Both the position numbers and the translations under genes were made by a program. Below are positions 14,242-26,529 of a DNA stretch of 64,000 nt, piece by piece (the stretch's first letter is position 1; each line of letters starts with the position of its first letter). The DNA is taken from positions 3,286,001 to 3,350,000 of the forward strand of contig CM030333.1 in assembly GCA_017654855.1 (NCBI GenBank). The letters run 5' to 3'. The notes beneath the pieces were generated by a model. It was given only the letters and a program-made list of their open reading frames with translations, was not told the origin of the DNA and did no database searches. The DNA is from Podospora anserina. Its lineage: Eukaryota.

Positions 14242-14994
14242 ATGCCAAAACGCAAAACCACCACCACCACCACTACCAAACCAACCACCACCCGCCAGTC
14301 CAAACGAACCAAAACAACCACCCCCTCATCACCCCCATCATCTCACCCCGCCATGTCCCCCTTCCCAAAAGCCTCCTCCTTCTTCACCCCCCTCCCCCCC
14401 TCAAAAACCAACCGCCTCCTCGAACCAGGCCCCATCCTCCTCGTCTCAACCGGCAACCCCCAAACCCAAACCCACAACCTAATGACCCTAGGCTTCCACA
14501 CCATGATCTCCCACTCCTCCCCCACCCTCATAGGCCTAACCCTCGGCCCCTGGGACCATTCCTACTCCCTCCTCTCCTCGTCAAAAGAATGCGTCCTCTC
14601 CATCCCAAACCTCACCCTTGCCAAAACCGTCGTCGACATCGGCAACATCTCCTCTTCCGACCTCCCCCCCTCCGAAACAAAATGGGACCGTTTCAAACTA
14701 GACCCCATCCAAGGAGAAAAGGTTTCCTGCGCGCTCGTCGGAGGTGACGGCATAATCGGGAATTTAGAGTGCAAAGTGGAGGATGAGTCGCTAGTGAAGA
14801 AATACAACTTTTGGGTTTTGAGGGTTGTCAAAGGGTGGGTGAATGAGCAGAACTTTAGGCTGGATGGGACAGCGGTCGAGACGGACAAGGGGAAGATGAT
14901 GCATCATAGGGGGGATGGGAGTTTTTTTGTTGGTGGGGAAGAGGTGCTGGATTTGAGGGGACGGATGACAAAGTGGAGGATGTTGCAGGATTAA
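14242..14994 (+). CDS. Flavin reductase-like FMN-binding protein (DIM6/NTAB-like)
   Basis: RLLEPGPILLVST, HNLMTLGFH, KECVLSIP, NLECKV, HHRGDG motifs. Start uncertain (14041, 14242 or 14353); TATATAA at 14021-14027 is only 14 nt before 14041, favouring a downstream ATG. Confidence 0.8.
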   Translation: MPKRKTTTTTTTKPTTTRQSKRTKTTTPSSPPSSHPAMSPFPKASSFFTPLPPSKTNRLLEPGPILLVSTGNPQTQTHNLMTLGFHTMISHSSPTLIGLTLGPWDHSYSLLSSSKECVLSIPNLTLAKTVVDIGNISSSDLPPSETKWDRFKLDPIQGEKVSCALVGGDGIIGNLECKVEDESLVKKYNFWVLRVVKGWVNEQNFRLDGTAVETDKGKMMHHRGDGSFFVGGEEVLDLRGRMTKWRMLQD

Positions 14995-15361
14995 GGGGTG
15001 CGAGGGAAAAGATTATGAGGTTTAGGTGATTGGGGATACAAGTCATGGACGGTATGGTGAATCACAATGGTCATGATGAAAATAAAAACACACATAAAAA
15101 AAGGTCATTTGGAATCGTCTCTTTTTAGCAGCCAACCCCCCAAAAATGATATCAAACAACAAAACATTTCCGTCGCCGTCATAAGCCATTCCAAACATAC
15201 CATAGCCAGCTAGCCTCTAGCACCTGCTCTAAAACCGCCAGAAAGCACAATCCAGTCAACACAAAAGAAAAAGACGGCAACACCACCCGCAAACCAAAAC
15301 CTAGCAATAAAAACTAGAGTACAAAACTGTGGTTATTATTGCACGCTGAGCTGGAACATTG

Positions 15362-18112
15362 CTAATAATCCATCGGCGCATCCACCAACGCAACGCCCCT
15401 CTGCGCCCCATTACTTCCACTGCTCTCTCTCTTGTTAATATTCTCATTGCTGCTCGGAGGTGGCGTCTCGGTCCTGTTCGAAGCAGGCGTTACCCTCCTC
15501 CCCGAGGAGAACCGGGCACCGCTTCTCCCGAGGCTGTTCCTCTTCTCCAACACGGCCTCGCTATCCTGCTGCGCTACCTGCTGCACCTGAGGCACAATGG
15601 GGAGGGCACCCCCTAAAAAGTTACCATCAGCGGGGTGGCTAAGCCCCATGCTCGCATCGTCCGGCACCTCGAGGCTTGTCCTCTTGGGGAGCACAGGGCC
15701 CATGCTCTGCCGTTTCCTGTGAGCCTGTGTTGGGCTGGAAAGACCAGTCGAGATGGGGAAGCGAGTCTCTGGTCTGCCCACCGACCTATCACGGGCATGG
15801 CCACGTGGGCCAGGAGCCGGAGAGGTAGCACGAGATCTGCTGCCCTGTGCCTTTTCAAGGAGCACACGGTTGCGCTCTTCCATGTGGGCTTTGCGGTTGC
15901 TTTCGTCGGTGGAGATGGCTCGTGGGCGGCCACCTGGGTTGGCGCGGAGGGTTCCAGACGCGTTATTGGTAGAGAGACGCTTGAGTTCGTTGAAGATGGC
16001 GTCCTTATGGGCGAACAAGTCACGGACCAAGCGGTAGGCATGCTTCTCCTCCATGGTGAGCGAGGTTTCGGTGCGAGGGCGAAGCACGCAAGGGGCCAAG
16101 GAAGTAGCGAGCTTGACGATGTACTCCTCATCGGCAGAGGTCAGGTCGATCAGGCGGGTGAAGTGGTTCATGCAGGCATCCAGTGTGGCAATATTAGTGA
16201 GCCTCAATTGAGACAGTGTCTGCTGGAGGATGGGCACGCGGGCGGCATCGCTGTCGTTGCCGGTGGGGGTAGTATAGATGGTTCTAATAATTTCATATAC
16301 GTGCGAAGAAACCAAAGAATCTGAAAAAATGTCAGTAAAGCCCAGAAGGCATATCGCAAAGGATAAAAGGACATACCTGGAAGCTCAAGAAGGTATAATT
16401 TCAACAGGCTGGCAACAGTCGGGATGTCAAAATCGGCAAAGGTTTCCAACGCAGGCGGCTTGCCATTGTTGACCAAAGCTCTCAACTTGTGCGTTTGAGA
16501 CAAGGGAACCTCGTGGAGCCACACCCCTCTCCGGGCCTCATCGCCCTCGAGGTCTGGATAGTGATGATCCAAGTAGGTAAGCAGCGTTGTAACGATAATA
16601 GGCACACGCTTTCTGTCAGCCCTGGCTCGGGCCTCGAGATCCACACCAAAGGTCTGGTCATCCACCTTGTTGTAGTAGTTCTCGTACGTTACAACCTTGG
16701 GAGCAAAGCTACCGGTGCGGTAGTTCTCCAAGAGATAGCGCAAGTCGCCAAGCGGCTGCACTGTTTCCTGGAACAGCATCATGTTATCCACGGTGGCCTG
16801 GAGGCTAGGAATAACGTTGCTGATAGTGCCCGAGAAGTCCAACACAACTGTCTTGATGGCCTTGAGCCTATCCAGCTCGCAGCGCTCAAGAAACTTGAGA
16901 TGTAGGAAGATGGCCTCCTCCAGCTCGCACCTCATTTCATCCAGCTTCAGAACACTGGCCTTGTATTTTTCGTCCGCCTCCCGGGCCTCCCGGCGCATAC
17001 GCTCAGCTGGCGTCTCGTTCGGCCTGGAAGTGTTGAGCACATCCCACTTGGCGAGATATTCAGTAACAGTGCCAACCACAGGCGAGTCAGAACCATCAGA
17101 CCCAGAGGTGGGCATGGAGAAGGCTCTTGAAATCGACTTCTTTTCTGGCACACCAGACATCTCGAAAGCCTTGGGCCGCCATTGGTAGTGCATCTTTGAG
17201 CTATTGGCGAACGTATTGCCAACATTACCAACCAGTCTCAGGAAGCCGTGCGTTACCAAATCCTGGCCGATTCTCTCGGCATAGCTCACGCTTGAGCTTC
17301 CCATGTGCCGTTGAAGATACTCGACAATATCGGTTCCCGCAGACGTGTTTTGATATGTGCCGAGAATGGGGACCTTGGTCTCGCCCATCTTGATCGTATT
17401 CAGCATGTGCTCGAGGATCTTCTTGACTTGGTCGGGGGTATAAGTCTCGTCGCCGATCTCGTAGGGCTCCTCCTCCTCGGCAATCTCGGGTTCGACCTTG
17501 ATTTCAGGGATATCTTGGCCAGTTTTGGGGCTCGTTTCGGGGTCTTGGAACGCCAGCTTATTCTCCTCCTCCAAGTCTTCGAGTAGTCGGCACTTGTTGA
17601 AATAGGTGCTTCGGAGCTTTTTGCAAAGGTCGGCCTGCTTGTCGTGCGCCTTGATTCGAGACTGCAGCTCATCTTGCGAATCTTGTATCCGGGATTCGTG
17701 GGCCTCGCACCAGCGGCCAAAAGGGTTCACAACCAGGTCGCGAATATTCTGTGCAATCTTCTTGTGATTCTTGGCCGCTTCCTCCATCTCGGTCCGCACA
17801 CCTTCATAGGCCTTCCGCACGCTGGCGCCATCGTCGCGGTTGAACCCTCCCTGGACCTTGTCGACGGTCGGGGCGATGTCGGATAGCTTGTTTCCGTAGA
17901 TCTCTTCGGCCTCGGCGCGCATTCGAGCAATGGTTAGAAGCTGGCGGTTCTCGACGACACCTTGTTGGAGCTTGCCGAACAGGACACCCAGTCCTTGAAT
18001 TCTGTCAGCGCGGCCCGTTCACCACCTCACACTGGACATGCCAAAAAATCCACGCAAGAAACTCACCTGCGGCGTAGTCATTCGACCAGAACGAGTCTGC
18101 GAAACCGGGCAT
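15362..18112 (-). CDS. RGD2: Rho GTPase-activating protein, F-BAR + DEP + RhoGAP (Rgd2/Rga8 type); exons 18112-18067, 17993-16377, 16320-15362
   Basis: N-terminus MPGFADSFWSNDYAAGLGVLFGKL; DEP-like AERIGQDLVTHGFLR; GAP motifs FGVDLE and ASLLKLYLLELPDSLV; both introns have GT donor, CTGAC branch and AG acceptor and restore frame. Confidence 0.9.
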
Positions 18113-19572
18113 CTTTGCGAAAGACGACCGATTGCGCTCGGCGATGGCGTGTACTCGGAACGGGTGGTAGAATTAGAGGTCAACGGCTCGCCCGGGAAGA
18201 AAAAGTCAAAGACTAAACAAAGATTCGAAGTGCTGTGCTGGTCGTGAACTCGTAAAGCCAGTTTCGAGAGTTGGCCCCCAGAAATGGTGGATGCAGGGGG
18301 AACGTAGCCAAGGAGGTGTGGTGTGCGTCTCCAGCGCAATTGAGGCTGAGTGTCTTACACTACGGAGTAGCTGGTACCGTACCGGGCAGTTGGGTAGAAA
18401 TGTTCAGAAGAAAACTCGGTTGGTAGGGCGCCGGAAGGCCGGGTCTGGAAGGGCACGCGACGGGACCTGAAGGTCAGTGATTAGGAAGCAATGGGACGGG
18501 AGAAAAAGAAGCTTCAGTTGAACAACAAAAAAGTTCTGGATTCCGGCGCAATGATGGAAGCGGCAAGAAAGCAGGCAAGTGTCCCGACAACCCCAAGATG
18601 CAGAAACCCAGCGCCATCGCCGTTTCATTGGCCAGACAGCCAGAGCACCGAAAGCTTTCACTGACGACCGACAAGAGGCCACCAGCGGGGGCCTGCCCCT
18701 CAACCCCTGCAGCAGATTGTGGCCCACCAAATGTCCACCATTCACCTCGAAACGAACAGCCGGAATGCCCTTGCTCACCGACTTCTTGAAACGTCAAGTC
18801 TCTTTTCAGCTAGAGACACCTCAGCAGTACAATCAGGCTTGTTGGAGAGTTCGGAATGTCTTGTCTCGCTCTTGTTGGTTCTGGGCTTCGGAGGACGAAC
18901 GACCACCAGGCACTGATGACGTAAGGAGACCGTTTTAGAAGCACCTGAAGAATAGTGTAGGGCTGTCAACCAGCCTGGGCAGGGTCCAGCTCGCCCAGCC
19001 TGTCCGTGTCAACTCACGATATCATATTCTTGAGCATAGCTTGTCTGGAAATCTGCGGCACAATCGTGTAGGGAGCTCATGAACTATACCTGTCTGACAG
19101 CCAACAGTTGCCGACGGGATACGGATCATGTCAACCGCAGCATCCTAACAGGTTGGTTGGTAAGTAACATATCATTCTGTTAGTGCACAGATATTTTTCT
19201 TAACAGCAACAGAGAGAATCAGCGAGAATCTCAGTGGGCTCAAAGCACGTCAAAAAGTACTTCATAAACCAATTGAATACAGGCTTCTGAAATTATACAT
19301 TGTATTATTCATGATACCGGACTCTCATCAAAATCCCAAACGCTTGCAAAAAGCCCTAAAAAGCTGTCATGAAGCTTGGCCGAGACACTCTCCCTTTAGC
19401 GACCCGAGTCTAAGGATTGCTAAGCCGCGTATCAATCCCCGTCTCCGTCCCCTGACGTCTTTACACCCGTATCCAAACAAATCTGCCTCGCCGTCTATGC
19501 AGCTTCGGAGCATCGACACTATCGTCTCCAAAGAACAGAAATAATCCACAGAGGGTTAAGTTGCCAGTTCCG

Positions 19573-21090
19573 ATGAAGTCGGACCGATACCCCAAGTGGG
19601 CCGAGCTCGAAGCCGGCGACTTCGGCTCCGATTCACGGTCACGTCGGAGGCCGGCAAGGGCGAAGAGAGTGACTTTGTGTGTTGTATTCTCATGCCTCTT
19701 ACTTTCATATCTGTTTTTCCCCATAAGCGGTGCCGGGTATATTCCCCGGAGGCCCCCCGCGTCAAAACCACAGCTGCCAAACAGCATTGAAGAGCGCGTC
19801 AAGCACATCTTGAGCCATACACCCTTGATTGGTAAGTGGCATATCAAATTATCTATGAACCTGGGGAATGACTTAGATATCAGATGGACACAACGACCTG
19901 GCCATCCTCCTCCGGGCCTACTACAACAACCACATCTACAACGACAACTTCACCAAGCCCTTCACCAAAGGCGGTCTCACCGGCCATGTTGACATCCCCC
20001 GTCTCAGGGCCGGGATGAACGGCGGTGCTTTCTGGAGTGTATTCTGGCCCTGCCCGTCCAACGGTTCAGATTTCTCAGACTCCAGCTATAGTTCCAGTCA
20101 GTCTCCCCTACACCCTACCACATCCATAGGTACCTAACACACGTCCTAGTCGTAACATCAACCTTCTCCCAAATCGACCTCCTCCACCGCCTCTCCTCCT
20201 CCCACTCAGAAACCTTCTCCCCCATCATCAACATCTCCTCCCTCTCCGCTCTCGCCGCCTTCCGCAAAAACAACCAGCTCATCTCCCCCCTCGGCATCGA
20301 AGGCCTCCACCAAATAGCCAACTCCCCCTCCATCCTCCGCCAATACCACTCCCTCGGCGTCCGCTACGCAACGCTAACGCACAACTGCCCCAACAAATTC
20401 GCCGACTCCGCCCTCGACACTCTTCCAGACGACCCGAGAAAAGTCCGGATCGCACCCCCTGTTCACCACGGGCTTTCTGCGCCTTATGGTGTCGACCTCA
20501 TCAGGGAGATGAACAGGCTAGGTATGATTATTGATTTATCTCACACTTCTGTTGATACCATGCTCGATGTCCTTGGTGGGAATCCAGACAAGACAAACGG
20601 GAGCAGGGCACCGGTTATGTTCAGCCATTCCTCTGCTTTCGCCGTCTGCCCTCACCCGAGGAATGTTCCTGATCGTGTGCTTGATCTGGTGAGGCAGAAC
20701 GGGGGGGTGGTGATGGTGAATTTTGCGCCGGATTTCATTAGTTGTGTTGAGGGTGGGGAGGGGGAGTTGCCGGTTTTTGATGGGGAGAATGCGACCATTG
20801 AGCAGGTGGTGAGGCATGTCAAGTATATAGGGGAGCGGATTGGGTGGGAGCATGTGGGATTTGGGAGTGACTTTGATGGGATTGAGAGTGTACCGAAAGG
20901 ATTGGAGGATGTGAGCAAGTACCCTGATTTGGTTGGCAAGTTGTTGGAAGAGGGGGTGAGGGATGAGGATGTGAAGAAGGTGGTGGGGGGGAATGTGTTG
21001 AGGGTTTGGGGGGAGGTGGAGAGGGTTGCGAGGGAGATGCAAGAGAAAGGGGAGCCGGTGATGGAGGATGAGCTGCATAGTTTGTGGTGA
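19573..21090 (+). CDS. Membrane dipeptidase (peptidase M19) with N-terminal membrane anchor; exons 19573-19831, 19884-20096, 20150-21090
   Basis: Spliced PLIDGHNDL, GIEGLH, LTHNC, IIDLSH, FSHS, HVGFGSDFDG motifs; hydrophobic VTLCVVFSCLLLSYLFFPI near N-terminus. Confidence 0.92.
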
Positions 21091-21288
21091 TTATCGGTGG
21101 GGTTTCTTTTTTTTTTTTGTTCTTTTTTTGTTTGTTCATTGCTTGTTGTATTGTACACTAGAAACACAGATTTCTTTTCCGGGCCCAGGCTGTTGGTTTT
21201 TTTCAGCTCCTGCACTCCGGGATAACCTCTAACGCCGCGCCAATGGTTTCTTGTCTCCTCTTCCACTCTCTAAATCCTATATAAAGTT

Positions 21289-21769
21289 CTACCCCTTGCG
21301 CTCGACTCTGTTGAGCTTGATGGCGGTCTTGTTCTGGTTTCTTGTCCGTTGGCCGCGGACGGGCAGGTTCATGGCGTGTCTTCTGCCGCGGTATGTTCCC
21401 ATGTCACGTAATCGTTTGATGTTATCCTGGATGATCTTTCGCGCATCGCTTTCTATCACCATGGTTGATAACTCGGCTGTCAGGGCTGTGACGGTCTTGG
21501 GCGACAGCGTGCCAATCTTGGCTCTGGGGTGGATGGAGTGCTTGGCCATGATCCGGGTCGCAGTCTGAGAACCGAGGGCATAGAAGTGTTGGAGGGCTTT
21601 CTGTGGTCGGGAGGTTAGAATAGTTGTTCATCATCGTCGGTCTTGGAGGGGCAGGAGACGGCGCACCTGGACAAGCTTGGCCTCGTGGAAATTGACACCG
21701 AATAGGGACACCTGATGATCATGGTTAGCACATTGCAAGCTGTGGGAAATAACTGGGAGCTCGTACCAT
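21289..21769 (-). CDS. SWS2: Mitochondrial small-subunit ribosomal protein uS13m; 3 exons, first coding exon is ATG only
   Basis: Spliced product MVSLFGVNFHEAKLVQKALQHFYALG...GTYRGRRHAMNLPVRGQRTRNQ carries the S13 signature; introns GTACGA..GCTAAC..CAG and GTGCGC..CTAAC..CAG. Confidence 0.92.
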
Positions 21770-22069
21770 GTTGAAGAATGCGGGCTGCCAGCCTCAAGTC
21801 ACCGTCTCGTTGCTAGCAATCGTGGGCCAGGGCCAATGTCGTCGCAGACAAGGTCCCAACTTGAATTCGAGATGCGACCGGGTCCTGCCGATTAAAAATC
21901 CGGCGGACGTTTGGCAGCTGGGTGCAGCCGGCAGACCCCGGCATTTGGTTGCCTGGACTTGGGCTGCAAGCCAAGCAGGGGTCTTGCCCAAAATGAATTT
22001 ACAACCAAAATTCATTCGCCGAGTGAGTCGAATATCAGAGCAGCACGACGACTCACACACCTCACAATC

Positions 22070-23851
22070 ATGAGAACATTCCAATCACGGCCAGAGAGGG
22101 ACCTCCCCTACTCGGATGAGTTCTCCTCTGCCGAGGAATACATCGAGAGCCTCCTCGACTTCACCACCAACTCAGAGACCTTTCGCTTCCTCTGCGGTGG
22201 TGTTCACATATTGGACTTTTTCACAACCGAACCCGGCGTCTTCGTTGCAGCTGTGCCCAAGGAATGGCAAGCTTTTCTTCTGGAGAAGGAGCCAATGGTT
22301 CTCCTCGATTTTCTCATGCGGGACGACCTGTCATCTCTCTCACCCAACCGTGGCCCCGGCTCACCTCCCGAGTCGCTTGTTCGGTATGTCAAGGACATCA
22401 GAAAACATTCGTTGAGACGGTCATTTCAGCCTAGCAAGCCCAAGCTCCCCATACTGCCCCGATCAGTCGCCCTTGGTATGAAGACAAAAAAGGTTCACGA
22501 AGTGACCCATTTTGCCGGGTACATCGACAGGCTGGCCGAGGACATTGCTGAGACCCGGGGCAAGGACTTGACTCACTTTGTCGACTTTGGCTCTGGTCAG
22601 AACTACTTGGGTCGTACTCTTGCAAGCCCACCTTACAACAAGCACATTGTAGCAGTGGAGAGCAAAGAAGCCAACATGGCTGGCGCCAAGGACCTCGATA
22701 TCCTGTCAGGCTTGGCCGAGAAGGAGAAGCGAGTTCGGAACAAGAAGCTCTACCACCGGATTCTAGAGGCCACGGATCCGTCTCAGCATAACGACGAGGA
22801 GGCCTTGAAGCGGGTCGCAAGAGAACTCGGTGTGACGGACGAGGAGCTTGCCACGATCGATCTCAGATCACGCAAGGAGATGCAGGCCACGTATACCGTC
22901 GAGGAGGGGAAGGGAACCATCGAGTATGTCGTCGGGCGCCTTGAGCACGCCGACCTGACTGGTGTTCTTTCGCAGCTGAGGGGTTGCGAGGAGGAGGTTG
23001 ACCAAGACAAGCTCGCTATGATGGCGGTATCCATCCACTCTTGCGGGAACCTCTCGCATTATGGTATTCGTTCCATGGTGCTGAACCCATGCATCCACGC
23101 CGTAGCCATTGTGGGCTGCTGTTACAACCTGATGACGGAGAAGTTGGGTCCCCCTACTTTCAAGCCCCCGTTCGGTCGACCAAGTCTGCAGCCCATCAAT
23201 GCTCGAGTTGCACGAGAAGCAGAGAAGCGAGACCCCCAGGGCTTCCCCATGAGCGAGCGGGTGTCCACTTACAATGACGACGGGGTCCGACTGAATATCA
23301 CCGCCCGCATGATGGCGTGTCAAGCGCCTCAGAACTGGACTGAGCAGGAAAGCAGCGGCTTCTTTACCCGCCATTTCTACCGTGCGGTCCTCCAAAAGAT
23401 GTTTCTGGACAGGGGCGTCATCTCGCGGATCTATCATGGTGAAGAGACTGACAAGAGTGTCTTTAACACAAGCACCAACCCGGTGGTAATCGGGTCCTTG
23501 AGGAAGCAGTGCTATACCTCATTCGCTGCCTATGTCCGTGGAGCAATTGCAAAGCTGACCACCAACTCCGAGTTCAGCCAATACAACGAGGTCATTACAG
23601 AGAAGATGGGGAACATCACGGACGAGGAAATTGCTCGATATGAGGACGAGTTCCGAGATCGGAAGAGAGAGCTCAGCGCCGTATGGAGCTTGATGGCCTT
23701 CAGCGCATGCGTCGTAGAATCCCTGATTGTCACTGACCGCTATCTCTTCTTGCGCGAGCACTCCGATATCGTCCAAGACTGCTGGGTCGAGACGGTTTTC
23801 GATTACCGCGAGAGCCCCCGCAACCTGGTGGTGGTTGGCATCAAGAGGTAA
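22070..23851 (+). CDS. METTL25/RRNAD1-like SAM-dependent methyltransferase
   Basis: KKVHEV, VDFGSGQNYLGR (SAM motif I), IHSCGNLS, VGCCYNL, SPRNLVVVGIK; first ATG in good context (ACAATCATG) at 22070. Confidence 0.85.
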   Translation: MRTFQSRPERDLPYSDEFSSAEEYIESLLDFTTNSETFRFLCGGVHILDFFTTEPGVFVAAVPKEWQAFLLEKEPMVLLDFLMRDDLSSLSPNRGPGSPPESLVRYVKDIRKHSLRRSFQPSKPKLPILPRSVALGMKTKKVHEVTHFAGYIDRLAEDIAETRGKDLTHFVDFGSGQNYLGRTLASPPYNKHIVAVESKEANMAGAKDLDILSGLAEKEKRVRNKKLYHRILEATDPSQHNDEEALKRVARELGVTDEELATIDLRSRKEMQATYTVEEGKGTIEYVVGRLEHADLTGVLSQLRGCEEEVDQDKLAMMAVSIHSCGNLSHYGIRSMVLNPCIHAVAIVGCCYNLMTEKLGPPTFKPPFGRPSLQPINARVAREAEKRDPQGFPMSERVSTYNDDGVRLNITARMMACQAPQNWTEQESSGFFTRHFYRAVLQKMFLDRGVISRIYHGEETDKSVFNTSTNPVVIGSLRKQCYTSFAAYVRGAIAKLTTNSEFSQYNEVITEKMGNITDEEIARYEDEFRDRKRELSAVWSLMAFSACVVESLIVTDRYLFLREHSDIVQDCWVETVFDYRESPRNLVVVGIKR

Positions 23852-26529
23852 TCAGACATTGGGCATCGATCAATGCGCAAAGTTTCTCATTGCTTCTTGT
23901 ATGTGGTGATCGGTTGGTGGCCCCTGAGTTTTGCCGCCATTGGCCGCCGGCAGACTTCGGATGGTTCTTTGAGGTCTCGACTGTGGCTAGCCGTCAACGA
24001 TATTGATTCCTTCGGGCCGAACCTCCAGCGGCCAGCCGAATATTGTCCAGTCGCCGCCACCAAACCTCTCCACCAAAAGGCCGAGATTTGACATGTCAGA
24101 TCAGGAAACCCAGCAGAATCATTATGAACCAGTCCCGTGCTTCAATAGGGCCGAAGGGAAGACGCCCCCCGCCTTTTGCTATCGCCGTCACACCCATGGT
24201 GCATTCCTCGAACCTGCGTCGTGCAGTCTGGTTCAAGCTGGGGGCGCAGCGACTGGGGAGCGTGGCGTCACAGTTCATGTTGGTTGTCAAGATTATTGGA
24301 TCAAGTTCTCGCCGGTCTTTTCCGCCCGGCTTCCGGCCAGGTCCAGATCTCAACATGTCTCATGGGCATCTGAGCCATATTCCACAGCGGTCACATCCAC
24401 CTCGATGGATGAAACTTCGCGAAGCCCGAGGTGCTCAGGCGAGTGTGTGCTGGCGATGGGGGCTATTGTTACGACAGAATCGACTCAACCCCACCCTGGA
24501 GAATCTGGTGCATCGTGGTTTTCTACCCACGTTGATATCCGGCAACTACCAAATGCGGACTGGCCGAGCAGTGGGATTGGGTCTCTTGCCCATCATCACC
24601 AAGCTGCCGGCAGCACACTATGACAGGAACCTGAGAGTTGTTGAACATTATCAACGGGTATTATAGCAACAGAGCTTTCCCTCGTCCCCCCTTTCTCGAT
24701 CTTGTTACGTGGGTGTTTCTATGCCACGACACGGGAGGGCTGATCAGCAGGGCGGGGAAAGCTGCAGCTCCCATCCCCCGATCTTTTGTCAGGAACAAGA
24801 TTTTTTTTTGTTGAAAGCTCGCCGAGGTGTGTGTTCCTGTGTTTCTCCTTGGTCAATTTTACTCCGAGTCTCAGTTGGCTTTCTCCCAGCCAGTTTCCAC
24901 CCCTCTTTTTTCCCCTTCTTGGCGCTGTCGACCTGGACATTGCACCACATTGTACTCATCTCTCGCAACAAACACATGACCAGCCAGCCATCAGCTTTCC
25001 GACGACAGTGCAGGCCGGTTGCTGTGCGGTGGTGGTACGGTCTCTGACTGGAGGAGTCTAATTAGTTGCCGGACTGCTGAGTGCGGGGCAATGGAACTTG
25101 GCAACGCCGCAACATGAGCTCTCACCAGCACCAGCACGACGGATGATGGATGGAGAGGGTGATCTGAGCGGAGACGCCATCCGAGGGTGTCCACCCTGTG
25201 AACCCCTCCCCCTCTATTTGCTTCGGCAGCTGTCTGATCTCTAGATCATGATCTTTCGAGTGAGAGAGACCTCGGAGGAGCATCCGAACCCCTGTCTCAG
25301 GAGCGGCACGCCTGCGCAAGGTGAGGACCGGCAAACGAGAAGCTTTCTCGCTTGGAGGTTAGGACACCGTCGGCTCGTGAACCCCCACGTCGACGGCCCA
25401 CCATGGCTGCACGCAAGTTGCATGCAGAGAGGGCCCCAAAAGGTGACAGGTCACAATCCCTTGGGACTCTCTTTTTGCGATCGCGTCAGGTCATGGGAAA
25501 GGGCCAAGCTGTCCCGAGTGGACCTTTTGGCGTCAGAATTCAGTTCCCGATGGCTTTACCTATCATCTGTGGAGTTCCATATGTAAGCCCAGAGATCAAT
25601 GTGGCCCCATTGATGCCGATCCCTTCCTTATCTCGACCCCATCCAGAGACTTTGTGTGTCTTTTCTGCTGTCGTGGTTGGGAATTCCATACCGTAATGCT
25701 ACGCCCTTGCTGCTGCAGGTGAGAACCTTTATGGCCGGCTGTGGCTGTTGCTGTTGGGATGAAAAACAGGGACGGCTCAAGCGAACAAAAACAAACCCAC
25801 CGTCCAGTTGCATTGGATGGGAATCCTGATTCCATACCTTCTCCGTCCCCCTGAGACACAGATGCAAAGAGTTACGGAAACAGAATAGAAAAAGGGATGC
25901 GTCGTGCGTCACTGTTGCACAGGAGCGTGCACATCACACAAGCTCGCCCCTCCCAGCTCTGCGCGGCACACATGCAGGAGGCAGACAGCAGTTGACCTGA
26001 CCTCGGTGTGGTGTTGTGATATTTCGCCCCAGTTTGCCTTTTGTCGTCGGTTTTGGGTTTTATCAGTTGAGAGATCTGATATAAGAAGCTGGTCTTATCC
26101 CCCACTACCGGTCCTTTTTCGTCACCTTCGTGGGGCTGTTGGCTATTTGGCGGAGTCACCCCCGTCTTATACAATTACCTATCTACGGGATACGGTACGG
26201 CATCCGTCCACCTCCACCACACCACTTGTTCAGCCATCTTTAAAGTTTAAGCTCTCGATACCTCCGTTTTGTTCATTTCTCTGTTTTCTTATCAGTTCCC
26301 AATCCCTCGACCCGACAACAAAGAGTACAACACGGCCCCTCCCTTGACAACCGTTCACAACCCCGCCCGCTTGGTCCTCGGGTTGCCCGCCTAGCGCCGG
26401 TCCATCGGTGTTGCAACGGTTGAGTCAACGGTGCACCCACTCTTTCTTTATCAGCCTTATAAGTCGTGCGATATCTGGAGCTGGTCGAGGGACTGCTCGG
26501 TTCGAGGGCGCTCATCTAAAGACAGACCA

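Noticed and set aside
24003-24666. Two overlapping ~206-aa ORFs downstream of the methyltransferase
   Set aside because: No family motifs or coding-like codon bias; neither frame is favoured.
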